Both the position numbers and the translations under genes were made by a program. A stretch of 64,000 nucleotides of DNA from Candidatus Aenigmatarchaeota archaeon (lineage in GTDB: Archaea > Aenigmatarchaeota > Aenigmatarchaeia > CG10238-14 > SCSR01). Positions 18,687 to 28,769 of the stretch are shown here, piece by piece. Each line of letters opens with the position of its first letter. The stretch's first letter is position 1. The notes beneath the pieces are model-generated. The model worked only from the letters and a program-made list of their open reading frames with translations. It was not told the origin of the DNA and did no database searches. The stretch spans positions 190,717 through 254,716 of the forward strand of contig JAHLMT010000001.1 in NCBI GenBank assembly GCA_018920185.1, written 5' to 3'.

Positions 18687-19571
18687 TTACTTAACATGTA
18701 TTTCTACGATATCATTATCTTGTAATTTATAATCTAGTCCTACTTTTCTACCTGAGAACTTTGTAGAATTGTATATTCGTGCAAATTTAAATGTTTTGAT
18801 AAAATCTTTGTGCACTTCTTTTGCTAAATCCTTTACTGTTGCATTTTTTCTTAATGCCAATGCTGGTATATCCTTAGGTTTATTCGGAGCTTTTGTATAA
18901 ACCTTGATTAAATCTAAACTTTTCCAGATTTTCTCTTTTAATTCGTCTAGTCCAACTTTAGATTTAGCATCCAAACAAACTGTATCATTATCTAGTCCAC
19001 ATACTTTGCTTTTATTTTTCACAAAAATTATTTTCTTAAATAATCTGTTAGATTCCAAAATTTTAGTTAATTCATATTTTTGTTTATCAATATCTTGTGT
19101 TGCATCTAATAAGACGATGATTAAATCTGACGAATGTAGTAAATTCAAAGATTCTGGATCAAAAGTTGACGGGATTTCAATTAATTGAAACTGTAAATCA
19201 TTATAAAACATCATACCAACTTGTGGTTTCTTTGTTGTATACGGATATATCCCAACTTCTACATTTGCATTTGTTAAAGAGTTCAACAAAGTGCTTTTAC
19301 CGGAATTGGTCAAACCAACGATACAAATTTGAGCCACACCTTCTTTTCTAATTGTAAATTTTGGTTTGTGCAATTTTCTCCTTTCGACTAACAGCTCTTT
19401 TTTCAGTTTTGATAATCTCTTTCTTAAGTCGGCTAATAACTTCTCAGATCCTTTATGCTTTGGCGCTAATCGAATCATTTCTTCAAGAGCTTTTATCTTT
19501 TCTGCGGTTGTTTTAGCTTCAGAATAACGTCTCTCTGCAGCAAAGTATTCAGGTCCGGCATTCACAGGCAT
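18687..19571 (-). CDS. DRG/Obg-family GTPase with C-terminal TGS domain
   Basis: P-loop GLTNSGKST; N-terminal coiled-coil typical of DRG; C-terminal TGS-like beta-grasp (KDFIK...VGLDYKLQDNDIVEIHVK). Confidence 0.7.
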   Translation of the reverse strand: MPVNAGPEYFAAERRYSEAKTTAEKIKALEEMIRLAPKHKGSEKLLADLRKRLSKLKKELLVERRKLHKPKFTIRKEGVAQICIVGLTNSGKSTLLNSLTNANVEVGIYPYTTKKPQVGMMFYNDLQFQLIEIPSTFDPESLNLLHSSDLIIVLLDATQDIDKQKYELTKILESNRLFKKIIFVKNKSKVCGLDNDTVCLDAKSKVGLDELKEKIWKSLDLIKVYTKAPNKPKDIPALALRKNATVKDLAKEVHKDFIKTFKFARIYNSTKFSGRKVGLDYKLQDNDIVEIHVK

Positions 19572-19591
19572 AATAGAGTAATTTTAATTCA

Positions 19592-20116
19592 TTATTTTTC
19601 TTCTTTATCCTTTCCAAACATCTCTAATTGACTCTCTCTCACAAGATTAACTCTGTTCTGTATTATTGTATGAATCTTTTCAGGATATCGAATACCTTTC
19701 ATTACCATGTCACTACCAGCTTTAAAAGAACTAACGCTGAGATTACCATAATTAAAAATTCTTCCTATTAAACTTTTCTCAACTCTTATGTCAGCTACGG
19801 TTGCGTAAGGCAAAATAACTTTTTCCTTATTCAAAATACCTTCCTGTTTGATAACTTCATTCATAGTAACTATAAATTTTGTTCTAAATCTTGTCCATTC
19901 TGGTTGTTCAACCATGGCAACAGCTATGCCGAATATACCCATGAGTATTAGAGTCGAAATTAATTCTGATTGTGTCTTAGGGAAAAGAGTAAATTTTATA
20001 TCAAAAATGAAATAAATCAACAAAAGAAATATCACAACTAGCACAGCTATAATATAATTTCCTAAAAAGTATATTCTCGAAGTCTTAATTACAACTTCTT
20101 TCGGTTCCTCGTCCAT
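19592..20116 (-). CDS. Membrane protein with bacterial-PH-like (DUF304-type) domain
   Basis: Two N-terminal TM helices followed by a soluble beta-rich domain. Confidence 0.4.
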   Translation of the reverse strand: MDEEPKEVVIKTSRIYFLGNYIIAVLVVIFLLLIYFIFDIKFTLFPKTQSELISTLILMGIFGIAVAMVEQPEWTRFRTKFIVTMNEVIKQEGILNKEKVILPYATVADIRVEKSLIGRIFNYGNLSVSSFKAGSDMVMKGIRYPEKIHTIIQNRVNLVRESQLEMFGKDKEEK

Positions 20117-20145
20117 AATTTTAATTTGTATTCTAAGATTAAATT

Positions 20146-20691
20146 ATGCGAACTCTTGAGAAAATAGGTGAAGAAATTGAGAAATGCCCAGAATGTAAAA
20201 AAAATAAATTTGGTTTGCCAGTATCTGGAGAAGGAAATCCTAATGCAAAAATAATGTTTATCGGCGAAGCACCAGGAAGAGAAGAATCAAAGACTGGTAG
20301 ACCTTTTGTTGGTAGAGCGGGGAAACTCTTAACAGAGCTGCTAGATTCTATTGGGATTAAAAGAGAAGAAGTTTTTATCACATCACCAGTAAAGTATTAT
20401 CCTGGGAAGAGAAAGCTTACAACAAAAGAGATTTTACATGGTAGGAAACATTTGCTTAAACAAATTAGTGTAATTAAACCAAAGCTGATAGTTGCTTTAG
20501 GAAATGTTGCCCTGAAGGCTTTATTTCCTGATAAGAAGTTAAGCATAACAAAAATTCATGGTGAATCTATTTATGCAGATAAAATTTATTTTCCAACTTT
20601 TCATCCCGCAGCCGCCTTAAGATTTCCTAAGATTAAAAAACTAATTAAAAAAGATTTTTGTAAATTAAAAAAAATTATAAAAGAGTTATAA
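20146..20691 (+). CDS. udg: Uracil-DNA glycosylase, family 4
   Basis: GEGNPNAKIMFIGEAPG motif; N-terminal Cys pair for the 4Fe-4S cluster; HPAAALR C-terminal motif. Confidence 0.8.
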   Translation: MRTLEKIGEEIEKCPECKKNKFGLPVSGEGNPNAKIMFIGEAPGREESKTGRPFVGRAGKLLTELLDSIGIKREEVFITSPVKYYPGKRKLTTKEILHGRKHLLKQISVIKPKLIVALGNVALKALFPDKKLSITKIHGESIYADKIYFPTFHPAAALRFPKIKKLIKKDFCKLKKIIKEL

Positions 20692-20693
20692 TT

Positions 20694-21461
20694 ATGGAAA
20701 TTTTTGTTGGTACTTCAGGTTGGGCGTACCTTTGGAATCCAGATGGTTTAGAATGGTATGTCAAGAATTCTAATTTGAATGCCATTGAGCTAAACGCCTC
20801 TTTTTACCGATATCCGTATCCGAATCAAGTAAAAGGATGGAGCAACAAAGGTAAAAATTTAAGATGGGTTTTGAAAGTTAATCGATTAGTTACACATGTT
20901 TACAGATTTAATAGAATTGCTTGGACAAGATGGAAAAGTTTCGAGAAATTATTCCAACCTTTAGATTCTATAACAGATTTTTATCTTTTCCAACTGCCAC
21001 CATCAATAAAATCAGATTCAAAAAAGAAAATAGAATCATTCTACAAGAAAACAAAACTAAAAGAAAGATTTGCACTAGAATGGAGAAATCAAGAATGGTT
21101 TACAAAAGAAAATGTTAAATGGGCTAAAAAGTTAGGATTAACACTAGTTAGTGTTGATTCACCAAAATTACCACGTGACGTATTCAATACAAGTGGGATA
21201 ACGTATATCCGGATGCATGGAAGAGAAGCGTGGTATTCTCATTATTATACGGATAAAGAATTGAATGAAGTCAAAAATAAAATTCTGAAAGTTAAGCCTG
21301 AAAAAGTTTATGTATTCTTCAACAATGATACCAGTATGCTTGAGAATGGTAGAAGAATGTTCGAACTCTTGACAAAAGGAGAAATTTCTAAAGAAAGTGT
21401 TTTATTAAAAACTACTTCTAAAGCTGTAGCAACAGTAAAGAAAATCGTTAGTAAGAAATAA
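20694..21461 (+). CDS. DUF72 (UPF0759) family protein
   Basis: MEIFVGTSGWAY start characteristic of DUF72; 255 aa. Confidence 0.7.
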   Translation: MEIFVGTSGWAYLWNPDGLEWYVKNSNLNAIELNASFYRYPYPNQVKGWSNKGKNLRWVLKVNRLVTHVYRFNRIAWTRWKSFEKLFQPLDSITDFYLFQLPPSIKSDSKKKIESFYKKTKLKERFALEWRNQEWFTKENVKWAKKLGLTLVSVDSPKLPRDVFNTSGITYIRMHGREAWYSHYYTDKELNEVKNKILKVKPEKVYVFFNNDTSMLENGRRMFELLTKGEISKESVLLKTTSKAVATVKKIVSKK

Positions 21462-21488
21462 AAGAAAGGAAAGTAAGCTAGTAAAGAT

Positions 21489-21824
21489 TTACTCTTCCTC
21501 TTCTTCCGTTTCCTCTTCCTCCTCTTCCTCTTCTTCTTGATACCTCATCTCAGTTTCCTCCTTCTCTTCAGGGGCTGGAATTGTTGCGGCACCAGTCTTC
21601 TCGCCGATCGCAAATCGGTTTCTAACTTCGGTAATCTTAATGTGTGCCTTCTCCCCGAGTTTCGCTCCATTAACAAACACAACAAAGTTGTTAACTCGGG
21701 CTATACCATCACCTTTCGAGCCGGTCTCCTTTATTTCAATATCATATTCTTCACCGACTTTTACAGGCTTAGGTATGTTACGCTCGAATCTTGGACCACC
21801 GAAACGTTTTCCACCAAATCTCAT
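21489..21824 (-). CDS. TRAM-domain RNA-binding protein with N-terminal RGG-like and C-terminal poly-Glu tail
   Basis: OB-fold TRAM core (EEYDIEIKETGSKGDGIARVNNFVVFV); E-rich tail. Confidence 0.7.
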   Translation of the reverse strand: MRFGGKRFGGPRFERNIPKPVKVGEEYDIEIKETGSKGDGIARVNNFVVFVNGAKLGEKAHIKITEVRNRFAIGEKTGAATIPAPEEKEETEMRYQEEEEEEEEETEEEEE

Positions 21825-22086
21825 TTAAACATAACCTCCGTTTAATTTAAGACCACTCAATTCATTAAGAATTAGAGTAGTTCATAAGAAACAGTTCTTC
21901 AGTCTCACCTTTCCTTTCATTCACTTAATGATTATTCATAATGAAAGTATTTAAAGCTTTTAAAAGTGCTGGAGGTGAACCTGTTAGACTAACGCAACGC
22001 ACACAGTTTTGTAGGAGTATGGTTGAATAAATATTTAAAACTATATTCAGTAATCATTTTTATTATCGCTTTTTCTTAAACTAATT

Positions 22087-22917
22087 ATGGGAAGAAAGCG
22101 AAGATGGAAAACTGATCCACTTACTGGGATTAGGTATGAAAAAGGAAGCCTAATGGATATAGCAAGCAGAGCCGAAAGAGATTTCGCTAAAGGGGTTGAT
22201 TTCACTTATGACAGACCAACTAAACGCAAGTCGAGAGGTTACAGAAGAGAGCGATACGGATATGAAGGAGTTGATTTGAGTCAACTTCCACCCTGGGCTC
22301 AAATATTAGTTGGTGTATTTATTGTTGGAATTCTGATGTGGGCTTTCCTTGGAGAAACACTTTCTATCTGGTGGAGCCGATATTGGATTGTAATAACAAT
22401 TGCGATAATTCTTGTAGTAATTGGTGGGGTTGCATTTTACATTAAAGTTCTTTTGCCAATTGATAGAGAGGTAACCCAAGAATTAAAAAGAGAAGAAGAA
22501 CTTAAAAAAAGCATAATACGAAAAAGATTACTTAAAGAAAGAGCAAATCAATTAGAAGGTCTTAGCGATGAAGAAAAGGAATTCCAACTAAAAGAATGGG
22601 TAGAAGAAGAATATAAAAAGGAAATTCCTGGGTATAAATCTGAATTGAGGGAGAGATTTAAAAAAGTACCTCCATTATCAGCCAAAGAAAAAGAAAGATT
22701 AATACAAATAGTAGGAACCAGATGTTGTTATCCAAACTGTAGAGAAAATATAGCTTTGGATGTACATCATATTACTCCAAGAGCTGAAGGAGGAACAAAT
22801 AAAGAAAATAATTTAATTGTTTTGTGTCCTACTCATCATCGTTTAGCTAGGGGAGGAACAATTCCTAGGGAAAGATTAAGACAATATTCTGTAGCAAATG
22901 TTAAGAAGATTCGATAA
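22087..22917 (+). CDS. Membrane-anchored HNH endonuclease (two TM helices, coiled-coil, C-terminal HNH)
   Basis: C-terminal CYPNC...DVHHITPRAEGGTNKENNLIVLCPTHH HNH/zinc-finger motif; hydrophobic helices at residues about 70-115. Confidence 0.6.
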   Translation: MGRKRRWKTDPLTGIRYEKGSLMDIASRAERDFAKGVDFTYDRPTKRKSRGYRRERYGYEGVDLSQLPPWAQILVGVFIVGILMWAFLGETLSIWWSRYWIVITIAIILVVIGGVAFYIKVLLPIDREVTQELKREEELKKSIIRKRLLKERANQLEGLSDEEKEFQLKEWVEEEYKKEIPGYKSELRERFKKVPPLSAKEKERLIQIVGTRCCYPNCRENIALDVHHITPRAEGGTNKENNLIVLCPTHHRLARGGTIPRERLRQYSVANVKKIR

Positions 22918-23086
22918 GTATACCAGAAATAGAGAAGGTCAAAAAGAAAACTAGAAGAATTACATCAAAAATAAAAATATGATTAATTTTGCTATTCTAC
23001 TATGCTAGGTATTAGTACCTATACTGCTTTAGGGATAGCTCACTAAGTAGTTCTCTAATCAGCATAGGACCTTACTCCTACACAAT

Positions 23087-23278
23087 CTATTTTTTAAACA
23101 ACCTAGAATAACAGCGGTAACAAATATAGCCACCTATAACTTTATCTTCACAAACAATTTCAATTTTTCTTAAGTTGAAAAATTCACCAGCTTCTTCTTC
23201 CGAAGCAAAATAACTAGGGTTCCAAAACTTGATAAAAGAATTACATAATAAGCATTGAATTCCAATTTTCCTAGTCAT
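23087..23278 (-). CDS. Small zinc-finger protein (63 aa)
   Basis: CLLCN...CYRC Cys pairs. Confidence 0.3.
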   Translation of the reverse strand: MTRKIGIQCLLCNSFIKFWNPSYFASEEEAGEFFNLRKIEIVCEDKVIGGYICYRCYSRLFKK

Positions 23279-23292
23279 AACAAACCACTTCC

Positions 23293-23808
23293 TTATCTGT
23301 AGTATCTATAATAAAGTGAATGTAGCATTGCTTCACTTCCTTTGACGATCTTAACAATTCTAGGACGACCACCCTTCCTGTAAACTCTATAGTAACGATT
23401 GCATCTATGACACCTAACCATTCTGATAGTCGTAGTGTTTTGCTGAAAGCCGCAATTAGGGCACCTTACCATTATTATCAGCTCGGGATCAGGAATTTCA
23501 ATTTTTATATTTCTGTTCTTTAATTCCTCCAGAAGCTTGGTCCTAACAAACTCGGAAATGTTTATTCTAGCTTTAATGACAGCTTTCTTTAGCTCTACAC
23601 CAATCCAAATGTTGACATTACCTTTCTTATCAGAGATGTTCTTGGACAAACCTATGCGCACGTGCGCATTGTTGTCTAAACTGCTGCTTTCTATAGAGTT
23701 AGTATTGTTAGTTGTTTGTTCTCCCTTACCACCCTCTCTTTCTATATCTATCTCTCTTCCTGTTGTAATTGCACATATACGCATATCATTGTCTGAATCT
23801 GAAGTCAT
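23293..23808 (-). CDS. Plasmid/virus-type DNA-binding protein with C-terminal zinc ribbon
   Basis: C-terminal CPNCG...CHRC; basic tail; central beta/helix region resembling RHH/AbrB-type small regulators. Confidence 0.35.
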   Translation of the reverse strand: MTSDSDNDMRICAITTGREIDIEREGGKGEQTTNNTNSIESSSLDNNAHVRIGLSKNISDKKGNVNIWIGVELKKAVIKARINISEFVRTKLLEELKNRNIKIEIPDPELIIMVRCPNCGFQQNTTTIRMVRCHRCNRYYRVYRKGGRPRIVKIVKGSEAMLHSLYYRYYR

Positions 23809-24061
23809 AGGAATTACCTTTGTTCAGTTTAACCCCTCTTAAACCACAAATCTTAACAAGACCGTTTCTTCTGAGCTCTTTCAAGAAAAGGAAAGATTCC
23901 TCCTTAGTAAAATGAAACATCCAGGAAAACCTTTGGTAGATCAAAGGATACGGAATAACTCTTCCGTTATTGCTTATTTTTTCTAATTCTCTCAGCGCTT
24001 TTTCATAAAACCAATTTTTATAATTAATACTCTCCAACTTCATTACGTTCACCAGGTTCAC
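23786..24061 (-). CDS. Small wHTH protein
   Basis: 91 aa; C-terminal helix-turn-helix-like LKELRRNGLVKICGLRGVKL. Confidence 0.35.
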   Translation of the reverse strand: MNLVNVMKLESINYKNWFYEKALRELEKISNNGRVIPYPLIYQRFSWMFHFTKEESFLFLKELRRNGLVKICGLRGVKLNKGNSYDFRFRQ

Positions 24062-24193
24062 TTTCTTTCTTTTCTTCCTCCATGTACCATTCTCTCAGCA
24101 ATTTAACCCATTCTGGCAATCTATCGAAAACTTCCTTATTCATCATTCTCACCAAGCATTTCCTTTCGGATTAGAAAACGGATAGCGTCTATC

Positions 24194-24916
24194 TTGCTTC
24201 TAAATCTTCCTTCTTCTATCCACTTCTCTAGCTGTAAGTACTCTGGTAACTGTAGCTGTATGGTAAAAGTTTTGTATTTATTTTCGACCATCTTTAATCA
24301 AATTATGCTTAATAACAGAACGTATGATATAGGAAATGTTTCAAAAACGTTGCATGAACGTTGCAAGTACTCTGAGCATGTTAAAAGTAATCTTAGAATT
24401 GTTCACGAACTATTAATGAAAAGGCCATATACGCAGAGAAAGCTGAAAGAAATTACTGGATTTAAAGAAACAACAATACGTGGAATTATACATAAATTGA
24501 GGAAAGAAGGTTCTATTAAGGAGATAGATATAAAAACGATGAAAAAGTTATTCCCAGAAGATGTTAAACCTACTGATAGAAAGGCATTCGCTTCTATGGA
24601 TTTTAATCCTGAAGAAATTGAATTGAGAAGCATTGCTACTCAGCCTGAGATTTACGCTTTAGAAGTAACTGTTAATGATATTCTATCGAAGTGGAAAGTT
24701 AAGGAAGATTCAAAGAAACAATACTTTGCCTTTGGAAGAGAGCTATTAAAGATAAAGAAGAAGTTTCATCCTAATGTTTGGGAAAGACCAATAGATTATA
24801 GAAATGCTGTTAGAAATTTAGGTCTAGAATGGAATAAAAAGAAACTAAATAAAGAGATCCTAAAGGATATCTCCAGAGCTATGGGAGTATCAGCAATAGT
24901 AGAATTTCTATCTTAG
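24194..24916 (+). CDS. wHTH transcriptional regulator-like protein (true start may be near 24301)
   Basis: MKRPYTQRKLKEITGFKETTIRGIIHKLRKEGSIKEI winged-helix segment. Confidence 0.4.
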   Translation: MLLNLPSSIHFSSCKYSGNCSCMVKVLYLFSTIFNQIMLNNRTYDIGNVSKTLHERCKYSEHVKSNLRIVHELLMKRPYTQRKLKEITGFKETTIRGIIHKLRKEGSIKEIDIKTMKKLFPEDVKPTDRKAFASMDFNPEEIELRSIATQPEIYALEVTVNDILSKWKVKEDSKKQYFAFGRELLKIKKKFHPNVWERPIDYRNAVRNLGLEWNKKKLNKEILKDISRAMGVSAIVEFLS

Positions 24917-25065
24917 TTTTCGGTTTGTTACAGAATCTGAATAAAAGTTCAGATAAAAGTTAACTCAGCTGTTAAAATGGCAAATTATCGCATTATTTGT
25001 TACATTCTACATTAATGTGCACACAATAACAAAAACTTTGACGGATTTTTTAACGATTTTAAAAT

Positions 25066-26316
25066 CTATTCGTACCTTAATGCTTCCACAGGTTGCAAAT
25101 TAGCAGCCCTTCTGGCTGGCAACAACCCAGACATTATTCCTATGAAAACGGAGAATCCTATAGCAAATAAAACTAATTCTGGAGTAATTACAGTTGTTAT
25201 TCCTCCTCCAGCTCCAGGTCCGAAAAATCTTATTCCCAATTCAGATATTCCAACGGATACAAGAAAACCAAGCAAAACACCTGCAATACCTCCAAACAAT
25301 CCCATCAATGCAGATTCGATCAAAAATATTTTCATAACTTCAAAGTTTGTCATTCCCAATGCCTTCAATACACCAATCTGTCTCGTCCTTTCCATCACTG
25401 ACGTAAACATTGTGTTGGCAATGCCAATGCCACCAACTAAAAGTGAGATTGCTGCTATGCTTCCTAAAAATAAGGTTATCGTTTGGGTTATGCTACTTAC
25501 TTGTTCTTGTATGGCTTGTGCCGTTGATACAGTGAAATCCTGGGTGTCTTTTGTGACATGTCGAGCCATCATTAATCTGCTTTCGATTTGAGCAGCCACA
25601 TCTTGAGCAATCGACGAGTCTGCAGCTTTTATCGAAATGGAAGATAAACGATTAGAATTTAAATCTAATATTTTCCTGGCTATATCCCTAGGCATGAAAA
25701 CAGACGAATCCTGTTGACCAATGAATCCAGATGACGATAAAATCCCAACTACCCTGAAATTCCGACCGTCTATTTGTATTTGTCTATTCAAAGTTATAGG
25801 TTGCTTGAACATATCATTTGCAACTCTATTACCAATCACAACAACATTGCTATCTCCTACTGACAGATATCTTCCAGATTCCAGTTTGACAGTTTCCATA
25901 AATCTCCACACAGACGTGTCCACACCTTGAATATTCACAGAAGCGGATTGACCAAGATAAGAAATGTCAGCCCTGCCAGATACTATGCCGTTTACATAAA
26001 GAACTCCAGGAGTGGTTTTTATAATTCTCATGTCACTTTCTGTCAGATTCCCCCTAGCGCCAAACCCACCGAATACCCCTACTCTGAATCTAAATCCGCC
26101 AGCTTCTGCCCTTGAAAATCCTGGTGATACAGTTATTAGATCAGCGCCAAGACCGCTGAGTTGCTCTGTAACTCGTGCTTGCATACCTTGTCCAATAGAG
26201 ACTAAAGCTACAACCGCGGCTACACCGATTACTATACCAAGTATTGTAAGCCAACTTCTTAATCTTCTGTGAGTTATGCTGTTCATAGAAAGTTTAATGA
26301 TGTCGCCGAGTTTCAT
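25066..26316 (-). CDS. ABC transporter permease, FtsX/MacB type with large extracytoplasmic domain
   Basis: TM1 - long soluble MacB-PCD-like domain - three C-terminal TM helices; 4-bp overlaps in a three-gene operon. Confidence 0.75.
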   Translation of the reverse strand: MKLGDIIKLSMNSITHRRLRSWLTILGIVIGVAAVVALVSIGQGMQARVTEQLSGLGADLITVSPGFSRAEAGGFRFRVGVFGGFGARGNLTESDMRIIKTTPGVLYVNGIVSGRADISYLGQSASVNIQGVDTSVWRFMETVKLESGRYLSVGDSNVVVIGNRVANDMFKQPITLNRQIQIDGRNFRVVGILSSSGFIGQQDSSVFMPRDIARKILDLNSNRLSSISIKAADSSIAQDVAAQIESRLMMARHVTKDTQDFTVSTAQAIQEQVSSITQTITLFLGSIAAISLLVGGIGIANTMFTSVMERTRQIGVLKALGMTNFEVMKIFLIESALMGLFGGIAGVLLGFLVSVGISELGIRFFGPGAGGGITTVITPELVLFAIGFSVFIGIMSGLLPARRAANLQPVEALRYE

Positions 26317-27524
26317 TTTTTCTTCCTTTTTCTAAGCTTGAAGAAAACTACGACAGCGACAATGATTATGATGCCGATTAATAGATATTGTATAAATGTG
26401 GACTGCAAAAGCCCTCCGCCTTGACGTTGCCTCGTTGGAAATTGCAGCTCACCAAATATCAGACTAATAGAAACTTCTTTTTGAGCCACTTGCCTTGCAC
26501 CACTAGTGTCTGTATAAGATATCTCGACTATTAAACTTCCTCCGCCCATTCTTGTTTCATTTGTCCTCGGAAATACTTGAAAACTTGCTATAGTGTAATC
26601 ACCTGGATTAAGGTTTCCAAGGAATACAGATGAACTACCAATTACAGAAAATCTCTCTTGTCTAGGAATCTTGATAGCTACACTGGTTGCTGGATTAACA
26701 CCTATGTTAGCAATCGAAAGTGTTAGCGTATTTCCTGTAAATTCCTGCACATCAACAGAAAATTCAGTCGTACCACCAACAATCAGTCCAACTACAGAAG
26801 TTGAATTTTGTTTAGTACCAGTTTTGTCGAAATATTCCATTTTTACAGAGATTGGATAAACCCCTGGAGTTATGGTAGGACTTGTGACAACTTCAACGGG
26901 TATATCCAACTGCTGATTTGCAGCTATAGATGACAAAACTATTCTGTTACTCAATCCTAGTGGAAGTATTAAGTTATTAGATTCTTGCCATGTGATTACA
27001 ACATTTGTGATTTCAGAATTCCCGTTATTTGCAACAGTAAATGTTAGTGTAGTATTGCTTCCGATGTTGAGCCTATCGGGTTTGATGGATTTAAGCTCTA
27101 AGATTGGTTGCGATTGAACGCTTACAATAGTAAACTGATTTATTTCCCTACAGCTAGAATCCTGGCAATAATCGATTTCAAAGTTTATTCTGTATAAGCC
27201 AGGGGAGGTTGTCTTAGGCACAGAAAATTTAAACAAAGTGGAACTGCTTTCACCAATTCCTAATCCGCCTATGTCAACCCACCTATAAGGATCTACGTTT
27301 ATCCCTATGTCAGTAGAAGTTAGAGTGACTTTAACACTGTTTGCAACAGCAGTACCAGCATTTTTCAAGGTCACCTGTATATAACCATCAGTTCCAGGAG
27401 ATGATACAGAAGGATTAACAGAAAAACTTGCTTGGACAATGGGCTCAGCTGCCATAGAAATTTGAAAAATAATCAACAATGTTGCTATAACTGACATTAG
27501 GAAAATATAATTTTTCATTGTCAT
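26313..27524 (-). CDS. Secreted beta-sandwich repeat (CARDB/DUF11-like) protein with C-terminal TM anchor
   Basis: Signal peptide, repeated beta-rich units (TLKNAGTAVANSVKVTLTS...), C-terminal hydrophobic helix plus KLRKRKKK. Confidence 0.5.
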   Translation of the reverse strand: MTMKNYIFLMSVIATLLIIFQISMAAEPIVQASFSVNPSVSSPGTDGYIQVTLKNAGTAVANSVKVTLTSTDIGINVDPYRWVDIGGLGIGESSSTLFKFSVPKTTSPGLYRINFEIDYCQDSSCREINQFTIVSVQSQPILELKSIKPDRLNIGSNTTLTFTVANNGNSEITNVVITWQESNNLILPLGLSNRIVLSSIAANQQLDIPVEVVTSPTITPGVYPISVKMEYFDKTGTKQNSTSVVGLIVGGTTEFSVDVQEFTGNTLTLSIANIGVNPATSVAIKIPRQERFSVIGSSSVFLGNLNPGDYTIASFQVFPRTNETRMGGGSLIVEISYTDTSGARQVAQKEVSISLIFGELQFPTRQRQGGGLLQSTFIQYLLIGIIIIVAVVVFFKLRKRKKK

Positions 27525-28195
27525 CCTCCTACTATTCTTCCGTCTTTAATTTTGATTATATGCTTGGAATGAGAAGCTATGAATGTCTCATGCGTAACTA
27601 CGATAACTGTCTTGCCTTCATTATTTATCTTTACAAACAACTCCATTATCTCCTTCCCTGCTTTCGAATCGAGATTACCTGTAGGCTCATCAGCGAGAAT
27701 AAACGAAGGATTATTTGCCAGTGCTCTTGCTATTGAAACTCTTTGTCTCTCACCACCAGATAACTGAGAAGGTAAATGTTCCGCCCTCTCTTTTAAACCA
27801 ACAAGTTCAAGCAATTCCATTGCCTTTTGTCTTCTTTCATCCCTGTCCCTTTCCATTATCATCATTGGCAGTTCAACATTTTCTAATGCTGTTAGAGTGG
27901 GATGAAGGTTGAAAAATTGAAACACGAACCCAATCTTCTCACCCCTTATTCTTGCTATTTCAGGTTCAGTGAGCTTAGATAAATCTATGCCATCAATATA
28001 AACTTTACCAGAAGTCGGCTTGTCTAAAGCGCCCATCAAATGTAATAGCGTTGATTTGCCAGAACCAGAAGGACCCATTATAGAAACGAAATCTTTCCTT
28101 TTTATTTTAAGGTTAACATTGTTCAAGGCTGAAACTTGTACCGAATCTAATTGATATACCTTATTAACATTTTCTAACTCAATTACAGATTTCAT
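27521..28195 (-). CDS. ABC transporter ATP-binding protein (MacB/LolD-type)
   Basis: Walker A GPSGSGKST, signature LSGGERQRVSIARAL, Walker B ILADEPTGNLD. Confidence 0.85.
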   Translation of the reverse strand: MKSVIELENVNKVYQLDSVQVSALNNVNLKIKRKDFVSIMGPSGSGKSTLLHLMGALDKPTSGKVYIDGIDLSKLTEPEIARIRGEKIGFVFQFFNLHPTLTALENVELPMMIMERDRDERRQKAMELLELVGLKERAEHLPSQLSGGERQRVSIARALANNPSFILADEPTGNLDSKAGKEIMELFVKINNEGKTVIVVTHETFIASHSKHIIKIKDGRIVGG

Positions 28196-28253
28196 AATAC
28201 TAATTTTGATGTTAGTTAAATATATATAGCTATCGACATATAATTATCGATAT

Positions 28254-28754
28254 ATGAATTCTGTCGAAAGACTTCTTAAAAGACAGTTTAACATAAGAGG
28301 AATGCTAACTTTCTGGATAATTTTCCTTCTACATAAAAAACCTATGAATGGCTATGAGATTGTGAAAGCGATTGAAAGTTCTACAGTATACTGGAAACCA
28401 ACGGCAGGTGCCGTCTACCCTGCTCTTCACAGACTTAAGAAAATGGGTTTTATAAAAATTGAGAAGACAGGGAAACGAGAACAAAAAGTCTATTCATTAA
28501 CAGAATCTGGTAAATTAGTAATAAAACAAATGAAAGAACACATAGCAAAGAGGTCAAGAGATTCTAGAATTAGAAGAATTATGGATTCTTTAATATGGCC
28601 TGATGAACCAGAAGAAATCAGAGAGATGTTTGATAAATTATTTATTAGTATATCCGATTTCAGAAATTCTTTGAAAGGTAAATACAAAGATTACTCAAGC
28701 ATGAAAAAAGCGAAGATGAGGCTAAATAAAATAATTGAAGAACTGAAAGTTTAG
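28254..28754 (+). CDS. PadR-family transcriptional regulator
   Basis: PadR wHTH signature (NGYEIVKAIESSTVYWKPTAGAVYPALHRLKKMGFI). Confidence 0.7.
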   Translation: MNSVERLLKRQFNIRGMLTFWIIFLLHKKPMNGYEIVKAIESSTVYWKPTAGAVYPALHRLKKMGFIKIEKTGKREQKVYSLTESGKLVIKQMKEHIAKRSRDSRIRRIMDSLIWPDEPEEIREMFDKLFISISDFRNSLKGKYKDYSSMKKAKMRLNKIIEELKV

Positions 28755-28769
28755 TTCTGTGGTTAATTT

